The notes under the pieces: model-generated
The model's database searches: none
Told to the model about the DNA's origin: nothing
Seen by the model: only the letters and a program-made list of their open reading frames with translations
Source of the DNA: Candidatus Methylomirabilis sp.
Lineage (GTDB): Bacteria; Oederibacteriota; PGYV01; DYJU01
Assembly (NCBI GenBank): GCA_020722985.1
Contig: DYJU01000001.1
Span: forward strand, 4,943 to 68,942
Length of the DNA stretch: 64,000 nt
Reading direction: 5' to 3'
Made by a program: the position numbers and the translations under genes
Shown here: positions 19,605 through 28,722 of the stretch, piece by piece
Numbering within the stretch: position 1 is the stretch's first letter
Layout of the letters: each line of letters opens with the position of its first letter

Positions 19605-20702
19605 ATGGAAATAGTAAATATTATTTTTTTAGTTGCAATATTTATTTTTTTAATTTTTATATTTTTAAGACCAAAAACAGGAGAAATTAATGAAATAAAT
19701 GAATTGAAAAAAGAAATTCTGGAATTAAAAACAAAGCAACTTGAAGCACAGGCAGAGAGTTTAAGAAGGCAGCAGGAACTTTTTATTCAAACACAGAATA
19801 TGATAAATAGCCAGTTACAGGGAATAATGAAAACTGTTAATGAAAATTTAACGAATACTTCAGGAAATATTATTAATCAGTTAAAAGTCGTTCAGGATAT
19901 AGAAAAAAAATTAGGTGAATTACAGGAGACATCAAGGCAGATGCGGGAAATAGGGAAAGACATTTCTTCTTTACAGGATATTTTTAAAGCGCCAAAAATA
20001 AGAGGAAATATAGGAGAGATGCTTCTTGAAAATTTACTCGGACAGATATTCTCTAAAGAAAATTTTCAGACGCAATATAAATTCAGGGATAATTCTCTGG
20101 TTGATGCTGTTATAAGATTAAGCGGAAAATTAGTGCCTGTGGATTCTAAATTCCCGCTGGAAGATTTTCAAAAAATTGTAGATGCAAAGGATAATAAAAC
20201 AAAAGGAATAGCAAAAACAGCATTTATAAGAAATGTAAAAAGTAAAATAGATAGTATTGCAAAAAACTATATAAAACCAGATGAAGGAACCTATGATTTT
20301 GCATTAATGTATATTCCTGCTGAAAATGTATATTATGAAGTAATAATTAACGAATCTTTTAAAGAAAATGATAAAGAAAAAGGAAATGAAATTTTGCATT
20401 ATGCGATAGAAAAAAAAGTTATTCCGGTTTCGCCCAATACTATGTATGCATATTTAATAGCAATTGCGTATGGATTAAAGGGATTCAGTTTAGAGAAAAA
20501 AACAGAGCAGATTTTATCGTATATTTCCTCAATTTTAAATGATTATAAAAATTTTCAGGAATCATATAAAACCCTCGGTGGACATTTGAAAAATGCAATA
20601 AATAAATATGAAGAAACTTCACAAATATCATTTGAACTCGGAACTAAAATTGCATCAACTGCTCAAATTGGGGGAGAAGAAACGAAAAAGTTGAATAATT
20701 AA
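19605..20702 (+). CDS. rmuC: DNA recombination protein RmuC
   Basis: It has an N-terminal transmembrane helix, a long coiled coil and a conserved RmuC core (GNIGEMLLENLLGQIF...LVPVDSKFPLEDFQKI...YIPAENVYYE). An AAGGAGG ribosome-binding site is present. Confidence 0.7.
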   Translation: MEIVNIIFLVAIFIFLIFIFLRPKTGEINEINELKKEILELKTKQLEAQAESLRRQQELFIQTQNMINSQLQGIMKTVNENLTNTSGNIINQLKVVQDIEKKLGELQETSRQMREIGKDISSLQDIFKAPKIRGNIGEMLLENLLGQIFSKENFQTQYKFRDNSLVDAVIRLSGKLVPVDSKFPLEDFQKIVDAKDNKTKGIAKTAFIRNVKSKIDSIAKNYIKPDEGTYDFALMYIPAENVYYEVIINESFKENDKEKGNEILHYAIEKKVIPVSPNTMYAYLIAIAYGLKGFSLEKKTEQILSYISSILNDYKNFQESYKTLGGHLKNAINKYEETSQISFELGTKIASTAQIGGEETKKLNN

Positions 20703-20811
20703 TAAAAACTCTGGACAAAAAAATTTTTTCGGGTATAATATATTTAGAAACTTTTTTGAAATTATTTTGTCTAATATAATAATAACAAAAACGTTTTCGG
20801 AGAATTTTTAA

Positions 20812-23436
20812 ATGAAAAAAAATTTCATTTTGGCTTTAATAATAAATATATTCTCAACTCATATTTTTTCTGCAAATATAACTTCTGTTTCAAATGTTCA
20901 GATAATTCCATCTAATCCATCCCCAGGACAGACAGTTGAGGTAAGATGGGACTATTATGTTGATTCTGAATATAATAATCCGCATGCACTTGTAGTTGTA
21001 TCCGATACAAATACTTTAAGACCAGCAAATACATCAGGGCAGTGGGTTATGATAGGGAATGGCTGCATAACGCCACCAAATCCTGAATCAGCACAGGTTA
21101 CTGGCGGATGCAGTTTAGGCAATAATATTTCACCGGCAGGCACTCATTCTTCCATAGAAAGTGGGACATACACTTTCACTTTGCCATCTACTTTGATTCC
21201 TGGTTATACGTATTATATTATTGTTGGAATGAAAGATTACAATGTTTATATGAATCCAAGCGTTGATGTCAGTGCACAAAATTATTTTCAGTTTACAATA
21301 CCGCTACCACCACCTACCATCCAATTAAGTAAAGTAGCCGAAGGTTCTGCTGCACAGCCAGGTGGTTATGTGCTTTATACAATTTATTATTATATAGCAA
21401 ATACAAATAATGTAGTAATAACAGATGATATTCCAGCAAATGTAACATGTGTGGAAGTTTACGATGGTGGAACCTGTGGCAATCCAATAACATGGAATTT
21501 AGGTAATATTTCAATTCCAGTAAGGGGAAGTGTGTCATGGCTCGGGCAGATAAGTGGATCAGTTTCTCAGGGAACAGTAATACATAATACAGCACAGGGC
21601 ACGAGTAATGAGACGAGTGCTACATCAAATGATGCTACTGTAACAATTGGTGCATCACTTGAAATAAATAAAGGTGCGGTTTCAAATGCTGTACAGGTTG
21701 GAGATACGATAACTTATGTCTTAACTTATACAAATAGCGGATTTGCACTTTCAGAATATGTTGACTTTTCAACTCCTGCAACAGAACCAATTCCAGGGTG
21801 GACAGAAGAAGTTACAGGCGCAACATGGCAGATAATTGGCGGGTATTTACAGGCGACAGGTCCCGGCGGTCAGTGGGGTAAACTTATTAAAAATACACCA
21901 TCTTTACATGATGCTATGTATATAACAGATATATATGTACCATCAAGTAATACTTCGGGTGATGCTGTTTTTATTTTTAATTTTATTGATCAGGGAAATA
22001 TGTATCATGCGAGAATACAATCAGATGCAAATCAGGTTTGTTTTGATAGGGTTCTTTCAACCACATGGTCTCAATTACAATGTGCGACTCCAAGTGGTTT
22101 TTCAATTCAGAATGACAGATGGTATACGATGAAAGTGGCTGTGCAGGGTTCAAATATCAGAATAAAAGCATGGCCCAAAGGCGAATCTGAGCCAGTTAAC
22201 TGGCAGATAAATTATACAGAATCTTCTCTACCTCTATCTGGTAGACCAGGATATCAGGATAATGAAGGAGAAGATAGATTTGATAATTTGAAAATTTTTG
22301 TACCAGCACCTGCAACAAATGTTGTAATCTGGGATACAGTTCCTGATTGCACAACTTATCTTTCCTGTATTGGCGGAACATCATGTGATCATACAGGCGC
22401 AAGTCCAGATGTTGTTTACTTTAATCTCGGGAACTTAGGATATCAATATGGACAAATAACTTTTACAGTAAGGACAGAAGCATGTGCAGGCGGAACTTAC
22501 GTAAATAATACAGCATGTATAGATTCAACTGAACCAGCACCGGAGGTTTGCTCAAATATTGCAACTGTTGCAGTAGGTTCTGTTGCAACAGAAACATTTA
22601 CATCCACAAGCACTTTTACACCCACATCCACGAATACATTTACTTTTACATATACAAATACAATAACAAATACGCCGACAAATACTAATTCTCCAACAGA
22701 AACAAACACAGCAACAGATACCAGAACACAAACTGCAACATTTACTTTTACAAATACAGGGACACCAACATCAACAAGCACACCACAACCAGCGAATATC
22801 GCACTTATATTAGAAGCAATTGATACAACGACAACCTCTGGCGGTTATGCAAAGTTTAAAATAACAATAAAAAACACAGGGAGTGATGCATTTGATGTGA
22901 TATTATGGGATTCGATTCCTTCTGATGCTTTGTTTGATGTAAATTATTTTGAAAATACTGGCTGGTCATTAAATGAAAATGTTTTTTATAAAAACATATC
23001 ATCTGTATCAGCAGGAGAGACAAGAACATTTTATTTTAATTTAAAAACTTCTGAGGGGTTATCGACAGGTCATTTAATTTATGTATCACCTGTATTATCA
23101 AGTTATAGTGATATTTTAAATCCAATTGCTTATGCAGTTAGTAATCCTGTTGTCATATCTGTCGGTGAGATAGTTGTATATCCTAATCCATTTAATCCTG
23201 AAACTGCGAAGGGAAATGTTTTAAAATTCGCGAATATACCAAGAAATGCAAAAATTATGATATATACTATTTCAGGAGAGCTGATAAAAGTATATACCGC
23301 ATTGAGTGCTTATGTATTCTGGGATGGAACCAATGCCTTTGGGGATAAAGTTTCTCCGGGAATATACTATTATATTATTACATGGGATGAAGGGAAAAAG
23401 ATAAAGAAGGATAAGATTTTTGTGATAGGACAATGA
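20812..23436 (+). CDS. Secreted 874-aa surface protein. It has DUF11-like repeats, a LamG or lectin-like segment, a Thr-rich TxT linker and a T9SS-type C-terminal sorting domain.
   Basis: It has a signal peptide. The TxT linker runs TFTSTSTFTPTSTNTFTFTYTNT... The C-terminus (VVYPNPFNPETAKGNVLKFANIP...VFWDGTNAFGDKVSPGIYYYIITW) resembles the C-termini of the genes ending at 1710 and 48787. Confidence 0.6.
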   Translation: MKKNFILALIINIFSTHIFSANITSVSNVQIIPSNPSPGQTVEVRWDYYVDSEYNNPHALVVVSDTNTLRPANTSGQWVMIGNGCITPPNPESAQVTGGCSLGNNISPAGTHSSIESGTYTFTLPSTLIPGYTYYIIVGMKDYNVYMNPSVDVSAQNYFQFTIPLPPPTIQLSKVAEGSAAQPGGYVLYTIYYYIANTNNVVITDDIPANVTCVEVYDGGTCGNPITWNLGNISIPVRGSVSWLGQISGSVSQGTVIHNTAQGTSNETSATSNDATVTIGASLEINKGAVSNAVQVGDTITYVLTYTNSGFALSEYVDFSTPATEPIPGWTEEVTGATWQIIGGYLQATGPGGQWGKLIKNTPSLHDAMYITDIYVPSSNTSGDAVFIFNFIDQGNMYHARIQSDANQVCFDRVLSTTWSQLQCATPSGFSIQNDRWYTMKVAVQGSNIRIKAWPKGESEPVNWQINYTESSLPLSGRPGYQDNEGEDRFDNLKIFVPAPATNVVIWDTVPDCTTYLSCIGGTSCDHTGASPDVVYFNLGNLGYQYGQITFTVRTEACAGGTYVNNTACIDSTEPAPEVCSNIATVAVGSVATETFTSTSTFTPTSTNTFTFTYTNTITNTPTNTNSPTETNTATDTRTQTATFTFTNTGTPTSTSTPQPANIALILEAIDTTTTSGGYAKFKITIKNTGSDAFDVILWDSIPSDALFDVNYFENTGWSLNENVFYKNISSVSAGETRTFYFNLKTSEGLSTGHLIYVSPVLSSYSDILNPIAYAVSNPVVISVGEIVVYPNPFNPETAKGNVLKFANIPRNAKIMIYTISGELIKVYTALSAYVFWDGTNAFGDKVSPGIYYYIITWDEGKKIKKDKIFVIGQ

Positions 23437-23730
23437 TGGGAGACGGCAAGTTTATCAAAAATTGGCTTGAAGTTTGAGTTTTAAAGATAAACGTTGGTTA
23501 TTACGAGGAGTTCAAACGAAAAATTTTTAAAATCTTGCCAATTGCTGTGTTTAAAAAAATAATAGCAGAAATAAATAGATATTTACTCAAAATTATAATT
23601 TACTGGAAATATTTTTTGCGAAAGAGGATGCTTATAAAAATATCTATTAACACATAATTAAAAAAATATTGAAAATTAAAAATACTGTTGTTAAAATATA
23701 ACTAAATTTTTATTTTTAGAGGGAAACAAA

Positions 23731-24459
23731 ATGAAAGTTGTTTTAAAAATTTTTTTCATTATACTTTTGCCATGTTTAATTTTTGCGAAAAATAATTTTA
23801 AAGAAGGAAATAAATTCTATTTTGAAAAAAAATATGATGATGCTATATTAGAATATAACGAATTTTTAAAGAAAAATCCTGATTATTATGAGGGTTATTA
23901 TAATGCTGGCAATTCGTATTTCAGAAAAGGAGAATATCAAAAAACATTAGAAATGTATAAAAAAGCTCTTGAATTAAAACCCGATGATGAAGATATAAAA
24001 CATAATATAAAAGTTGTAGAAGAAAAATTAAAAAATCAAAATAAAGAGGCAAAACAACAGGATAATAAAAAAGAAAACCAGCAATCTTCTAATAATAAAG
24101 AACAACAAAAAAATGAACAATCAGCAAATAATAAACAAGACGGGAAAAATCAGCAATTAGCAAACAACAGCAAGAATGATAAAAAAATTCAACAAGAAAA
24201 AAAACAATCAGTTAAACCAGATATGTCGGATGATGAGGTTCAGGCAATGCTTAATATGATGCAAAAACAGGAAAAAAAATTAAGGCAATATTTTAATCAA
24301 CAGCAAAAAAGAAACCAGAGAAGCGGAGAACCTGATTTTTCTGACTTTTTTAACATGTCTCCTGAAGAAATATTTGAGTATATGAATAAAAGAATGATGG
24401 ATCCCTTTGATGAGAATATAACGAGAAGAAGAGGCAATCAACAGGAAAAGGATTGGTAA
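23731..24459 (+). CDS. TPR-repeat protein with a lysine/glutamine/asparagine-rich low-complexity C-terminal half (BatC-like)
   Basis: It has a signal or anchor sequence, then two or three TPR motifs (YNAGNSYFRKGEYQKTLEMYKKALELKP), then a K/Q/N-rich tail. Confidence 0.55.
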   Translation: MKVVLKIFFIILLPCLIFAKNNFKEGNKFYFEKKYDDAILEYNEFLKKNPDYYEGYYNAGNSYFRKGEYQKTLEMYKKALELKPDDEDIKHNIKVVEEKLKNQNKEAKQQDNKKENQQSSNNKEQQKNEQSANNKQDGKNQQLANNSKNDKKIQQEKKQSVKPDMSDDEVQAMLNMMQKQEKKLRQYFNQQQKRNQRSGEPDFSDFFNMSPEEIFEYMNKRMMDPFDENITRRRGNQQEKDW

Positions 24460-24574
24460 AGAGTTTCAGATTTATGAATAAGGATCAGGGATTGAATATT
24501 TAGAATATTGATAGGTATTTAGCGATTTAAGGATTAAATAGTTAATGCTATAAGTATTAGAAAAAATATTGAGA

Positions 24575-24902
24575 GTAATAGTTCGGATACCAGAGGTAAT
24601 TTATAAAAGTGCATATATTAGAAAAAAACTCTTGAAGGCGTTGATGGAAGAAAGCCGAAAAAGAATGGTGGAATGGGAAATAAGGGTAACGGGTAACGGA
24701 AGGATTAATAAAGCAATCTTGCAGTTTAAAAATGAAAGAAGACAAGGCGAAAAGGCAACCGTAAATAAAATCAAGATTACTTTGTCATGCAAAATTTAAG
24801 GTGTAATAGTAGATAAATGGACCCATTCACCTGACTTTAAAATGACAAAGCGAAAAATTTATATCTGGACTAATTTTGTTTTACCAGTGGCTAAACTATT
24901 AC
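24575..24902 (+). mobile_element. MITE-like TIR-bounded repeat, copy 5
   Basis: It starts GTAATAGTTCGGATACCAGAGGT and ends TACCAGTGGCTAAACTATTAC. The ORFs 24569-24799 (+) and 24557-24745 (-) are artefacts within it. Confidence 0.65.
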
Positions 24903-24939
24903 AATTTACAATAAAGATAATTTAAAAGGATAGAATTTA

Positions 24940-26862
24940 ATGAAAAATATCTTTACAAATATACTTTCAAAGTATATTTCAGATTATGAACACAGAGAAG
25001 AACAGATATTAATGGCAGATGCGGTAAGGGATACAATAAAAAATAAAAAAACTCTTTTAATAGAAGCAGGAACAGGTATTGGAAAAACTATGAGTTATAT
25101 TATTCCGCTTGCTGAATACGCAATAAAAGAAAACAAAAAAGTTATAATTTCTACTTATTCAAAAGCTTTACAGCAGCAGATTTACAAAAAAGATATGCTT
25201 GCGGTAAAAAAGGTATTTCCAGAAATAAAATATAATGTTGTCTTTGGAACTGCTAATTATATCTGTAAGAAAAGGATGAATACATTTTCAAATAAAGAAG
25301 GTTTATTTACAGCGTCAGGAATGAAAGATATTTTAGAATTTATTAAAATAGGTGATGGGGTAAGAGAAAATTTAAAATTTCATTTGCCTGATGAAATATG
25401 GAATGAAATAAACATGGATAGGGAACTATGCATGGATACAAAATGCGAATATTTAAAAAAATGTTATTACTTTAATATGAGAAAAAAATTAAGCAAAAGC
25501 CATATAATAATTGCGAATCATTATTTATATTTTAGCGATATTTTGGTGGCAAGGGCATTATTACCAGAAGCAGATATAGTTGTTTTTGACGAAGCTCACA
25601 GAGTAGAAGATGTCATAAGAGATACTTTCAGTAAACAATTTTCAACCATTGCTTTTTTTAAATTTTTATCTTTGCTTGAAAATTTTATAAAAGATTATCT
25701 TTCTAAAAAAGATATGACTCACATACGCAATTCTATAATAAATTTAAAATATGAAATAAAATATTTTTTAGATGAAATATATTCCAAATTTTTTAGTGAT
25801 AAAAAAGAATATTTGTTATGTAATTTCAAACTGGATAGAGAAATAAACATAAAGAATTTTTTAAGAGACGTTATACATGAACTGGATGTCTTAAAAAAGA
25901 AAAAAGAAATAAGTAAAAATCAAAAAAATTTTATAGATTTTTTGCTTTCAAAGATAGAAGATTATTCTGAAATATTGAATTGTTTTTTTAATAAGAATGC
26001 AAAGGATAGTTTTTACTGGATAGAAGCAAAGGAAAAAAAATTTAATTTTTTTATAACACCATATAAAATCAAAGATATTTATAAAGAAAATGTCGAAAAT
26101 TTTCATAAATCAATTATTTTTACTTCTGCAACACTTTCTGTTGATAAAAATTTTGAATATATAAAAAAACAATTTGGCTTAAATGGGGTTCTTGAAAAAA
26201 TTTTACAATCTCCTTTTAATCATAAAAAACAAAGCATTCTTTACCTTGAAGAAAATTTACCTTTTCCAACTGAAGATATTTTTGAAAAGAAATTATTAGA
26301 AAAAATTTATGAAATCATAGATATAACAAAAGGTGGTGTTATGTTTCTTTTTACAAATATCAATTTAATGAATAATATTTATAGAAAAATTAAGAGTAAT
26401 ACAGGAAAGATACCAATTTTAATACAGGGAGAAATGAATTCTAATGATTTAATTGAAAATTTTAAAAAGGAACCTTCGGCTCTTTTTGCAACATATTCAT
26501 TCTGGCAGGGGATAGATATAAAAGGCGAGGCATTAAAATGTGTTGTAATAACCCGTCTGCCATTTGAAATGCCAGACCATCCTGTGCAGAAAGCATTATA
26601 TGAAAATATAAGGAGAGAAGGGGGAGATCATTTTTATGACTATGCATTGCCAAGGGCAGTGTTTATGTTAAAACAGGGTTTTGGAAGATTGATAAGATCT
26701 AAAAAGGATTATGGAGCTGTGATGATATTAGATAAGAGAATAAAAATAAAAAATTATGGGAAAAAATTTTTAAATTCCTTGCCAGATGTAGTTATAACAA
26801 GCAATATTAAAGATATTAAAGAATTTTTTTGGGCAAAAGAAAACACAGAAATAGTTGTATGA
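24940..26862 (+). CDS. dinG: ATP-dependent DNA helicase of the DinG/Rad3 (XPD-like superfamily 2) family
   Basis: It has helicase motif I (LIEAGTGIGKTMSYIIP), a DEAH box (VVFDEAHR) and C-terminal motifs V and VI (FATYSFWQGIDIKG...GRLIRS). Confidence 0.7.
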   Translation: MKNIFTNILSKYISDYEHREEQILMADAVRDTIKNKKTLLIEAGTGIGKTMSYIIPLAEYAIKENKKVIISTYSKALQQQIYKKDMLAVKKVFPEIKYNVVFGTANYICKKRMNTFSNKEGLFTASGMKDILEFIKIGDGVRENLKFHLPDEIWNEINMDRELCMDTKCEYLKKCYYFNMRKKLSKSHIIIANHYLYFSDILVARALLPEADIVVFDEAHRVEDVIRDTFSKQFSTIAFFKFLSLLENFIKDYLSKKDMTHIRNSIINLKYEIKYFLDEIYSKFFSDKKEYLLCNFKLDREINIKNFLRDVIHELDVLKKKKEISKNQKNFIDFLLSKIEDYSEILNCFFNKNAKDSFYWIEAKEKKFNFFITPYKIKDIYKENVENFHKSIIFTSATLSVDKNFEYIKKQFGLNGVLEKILQSPFNHKKQSILYLEENLPFPTEDIFEKKLLEKIYEIIDITKGGVMFLFTNINLMNNIYRKIKSNTGKIPILIQGEMNSNDLIENFKKEPSALFATYSFWQGIDIKGEALKCVVITRLPFEMPDHPVQKALYENIRREGGDHFYDYALPRAVFMLKQGFGRLIRSKKDYGAVMILDKRIKIKNYGKKFLNSLPDVVITSNIKDIKEFFWAKENTEIVV

Positions 26863-26985
26863 TTAGATATTGAAAGATAAAATTATAGAAACATAGATGA
26901 AAGAAATTTGAAAATTGGGAAACAAAATAAATTGTAAAATGAAAAATGGAAATCATAAAATATAAAATAAAAATTTTACTTAGAT

Positions 26986-27105
26986 TTGATTTTTTAAAAT
27001 AATATGCTATAATTATAATAAGGACCCGGAAATCACGGGTTATGGGAGAGTCGGCAAAAAGCCATTTTATATGGTTTAAAGAGATGAGGGACTCTCCCAT
27101 TAATA
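26986..27105 (+). ncRNA. Candidate small structured RNA with its own promoter (TTGATT, 16-bp spacer, TATAAT). It contains two hairpins.
   Basis: The -10 element lies at 27008-27013. Hairpin 1 is acccgg-aaatca-cgggt. Hairpin 2 is gggagagtc...gactctccc, an 11-bp stem closing a ~37-nt loop. No family was recognised. A 37-codon ORF would also fit this stretch. Confidence 0.2.
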
Positions 27106-27111
27106 TTTTAT

Positions 27112-27431
27112 GTAAAAATTTAGTCACCAGAGGTAATTTACAAAAGTTCAGATATTAGTAAAAAACTCTTGAAGACGGCCTTCTTAGGAATCCGAAAGAG
27201 AAGCGTAGAAAGAAAAATAAAGGGCGGACGAGCAAAATGAAGCAATCTTGTAATTGTATAGCGGCAAGAAAACTAAGCTAAAAAACAATCGGTAATAAGA
27301 GCAAAGATTATTTTTAAGGTGGGAGTTAACTGTGAAATAAAAGACAAAAGGGCTTGTTTGCCTGACTTTAAAATGACAACAAAAAATTTATTTATTGGCA
27401 AATTTTATTATGCTAGTGGTAAAATTATTGC
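27112..27431 (+). mobile_element. MITE-like repeat, copy 6, with a degenerate 5' TIR
   Basis: The 5' end is GTAAAAATTTAGTCACCAGAGGT. The core is conserved (ggaatccgaaagagaag...aagcaatcttgtaattg...). The 3' end is GCTAGTGGTAAAATTATTGC. Confidence 0.55.
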
Positions 27432-27615
27432 ATATATTTTATAGGGAGGAACCCTTTTTGAAAAGTCCACACAATATTATACATTAACCAGTGGGAAAAT
27501 ATTGCGTAAATTCTAATTTTTGGCTATAATTATTTAATAAATAAATTTTAAAAATCTGTTCTATTTGAGGCTAAACTATTATCAGTATTGAAATATTCAT
27601 TAAGGAGGTTATATT

Positions 27616-27832
27616 ATGAAATTTAATATCATTCTTGAATCGGCTGAGGAAGGTGGTTTTAATGTGAGTGTTCCGGCCGCTTGACGGATGTTTTACGCAA
27701 GGGGTAACCGAAGAAGAAGCGATTAAAAACGCTAAAGAGGCTATTCTCACATATCTGGAAGGACTTAAAAAAATTAATCAAATTAAATCAGTGCTGAAAG
27801 CCATTCTGAAAGAAGTTGAGATAGTGCTGTGA
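27616..27832 (+). pseudogene. hicB: HicB-family antitoxin gene with a +1 frameshift
   Basis: The N-terminal frame gives MKFNIILESAEEGGFNVSVPAA and then a stop at 27682. The next frame continues RPLDGCFTQGVTEEEAIKNAKEAILTYLEGL, which matches the HicB consensus VPALPGCF.QG.T.EEA. A ribosome-binding site AAGGAGG is present. Confidence 0.6.
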
Positions 27833-28044
27833 GCAAGACTTTTTTAGAGGAGTAGGTAATAAAAGCACTGAGGAGAATCGGCTTTATTGTTGACCATCAG
27901 AGAGGAAGTCATGTATTCTTGCATAACATTGAACGTAATATCTCTGTTGTTGTGCCTATGCATAAGGAGTTAAAAAAAGGGACGTTAAATAACATAATCA
28001 AGAAAGCAGGCATTACAGTAGATGAATTAAAGGAACTGGTATAA
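27829..28044 (+). pseudogene. hicA: HicA-family mRNA interferase toxin gene with an in-frame TAG at codon 9
   Basis: Its GTG start overlaps the hicB stop in a GTGA arrangement. The translation reads [61 protein letters not shown]. The GSH..., VP.H and G.L...I...G motifs are typical of HicA. Confidence 0.6.
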
Positions 28045-28110
28045 TTTTTGATGATACAGTTCAAGAATTGTGTGGAAAAATTAATTAACATAAAAGGGTG
28101 CGCCTTGCCA

Positions 28111-28499
28111 GTAATGGTTCAGCCGCCAGAAGTGAACTTGGAAGAGTGTGGCTACCATTAAGTAAATATATGGCATTGTCATTTTTAGGAAGCCGAAAGA
28201 GGAATGTAAAATGGGAAATAAGGATAATATGAGCCGAATGAAGCAATCTTGCAGTTGAAAAACGAAAGAAGACAATATTAAAAGGCGATCGGTAGTAAAA
28301 AGCAAGATTGCTTTGTCAGGCGATAGTGAATGTATAAAAAATATAGGTTATCATTCGCTTTGCTTTAAAATGACAACGGAAAAAATTTAATGATTAATTT
28401 TGTTCTACCAGTGGCTAAGCTATTACCCTGATTTTGCAATGAAAGAGCGAAAAATTTATATCTTAACAAATTTTATTTTACCAACGGCTATACTGTTAC
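28111..28499 (+). mobile_element. MITE-like repeat, copy 7 (28111-28426), followed by a tandem partial duplicate of its 3' end (28427-28499)
   Basis: It starts GTAATGGTTCAGCCGCCAGAAGT. Its first 3' end is CTACCAGTGGCTAAGCTATTAC. The partial unit then repeats gcaatgaaagagcgaaaaatttatat...CCAACGGCTATACTGTTAC. Confidence 0.6.
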
Positions 28500-28688
28500 T
28501 AAATATTTTAATTATTATTATTGTTTTATAATATGGGACAGTTTTTAAATAATTTTTTTATTTCTATTGCTAGTTTAAGGAACCTGACAAAATGATTTTA
28601 AAGTAATATATGAATAATATATACTATGTGTTTCGGTTTCGCTTAGAAAATTTATCTAAAAATATTACGAAAACTAAATAAAAAAAAT

Positions 28689-28716
28689 TTGACAAATAAT
28701 TAAAATATGCTATTAT
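28689..28716 (+). promoter_or_regulatory. Promoter (TTGACA, 16-bp spacer, TATTAT) whose -10 element ends 6 bp before the ATG at 28723, which suggests a leaderless mRNA
   Basis: The sequence is tttgacaaataattaaaatatgctattatttaaatATGaaa. No Shine-Dalgarno sequence is present. Confidence 0.35.
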
Positions 28717-28722
28717 TTAAAT

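Noticed and set aside
21935-22132. + strand ORFs 21935-22132 and 41908-42099, and - strand ORFs 21314-21595, 40218-40445 and 42622-42834
   Set aside because: They are out-of-frame overlaps of long, well-supported + strand genes.
22497-22781. Minus-strand ORF (VDVGVPVFVKV...) inside the gene at 20812-23436
   Set aside because: It is the antisense translation of the Thr-rich ACN linker, which gives Val and Gly-rich sequence. It is an artefact inside a well-supported + strand gene.
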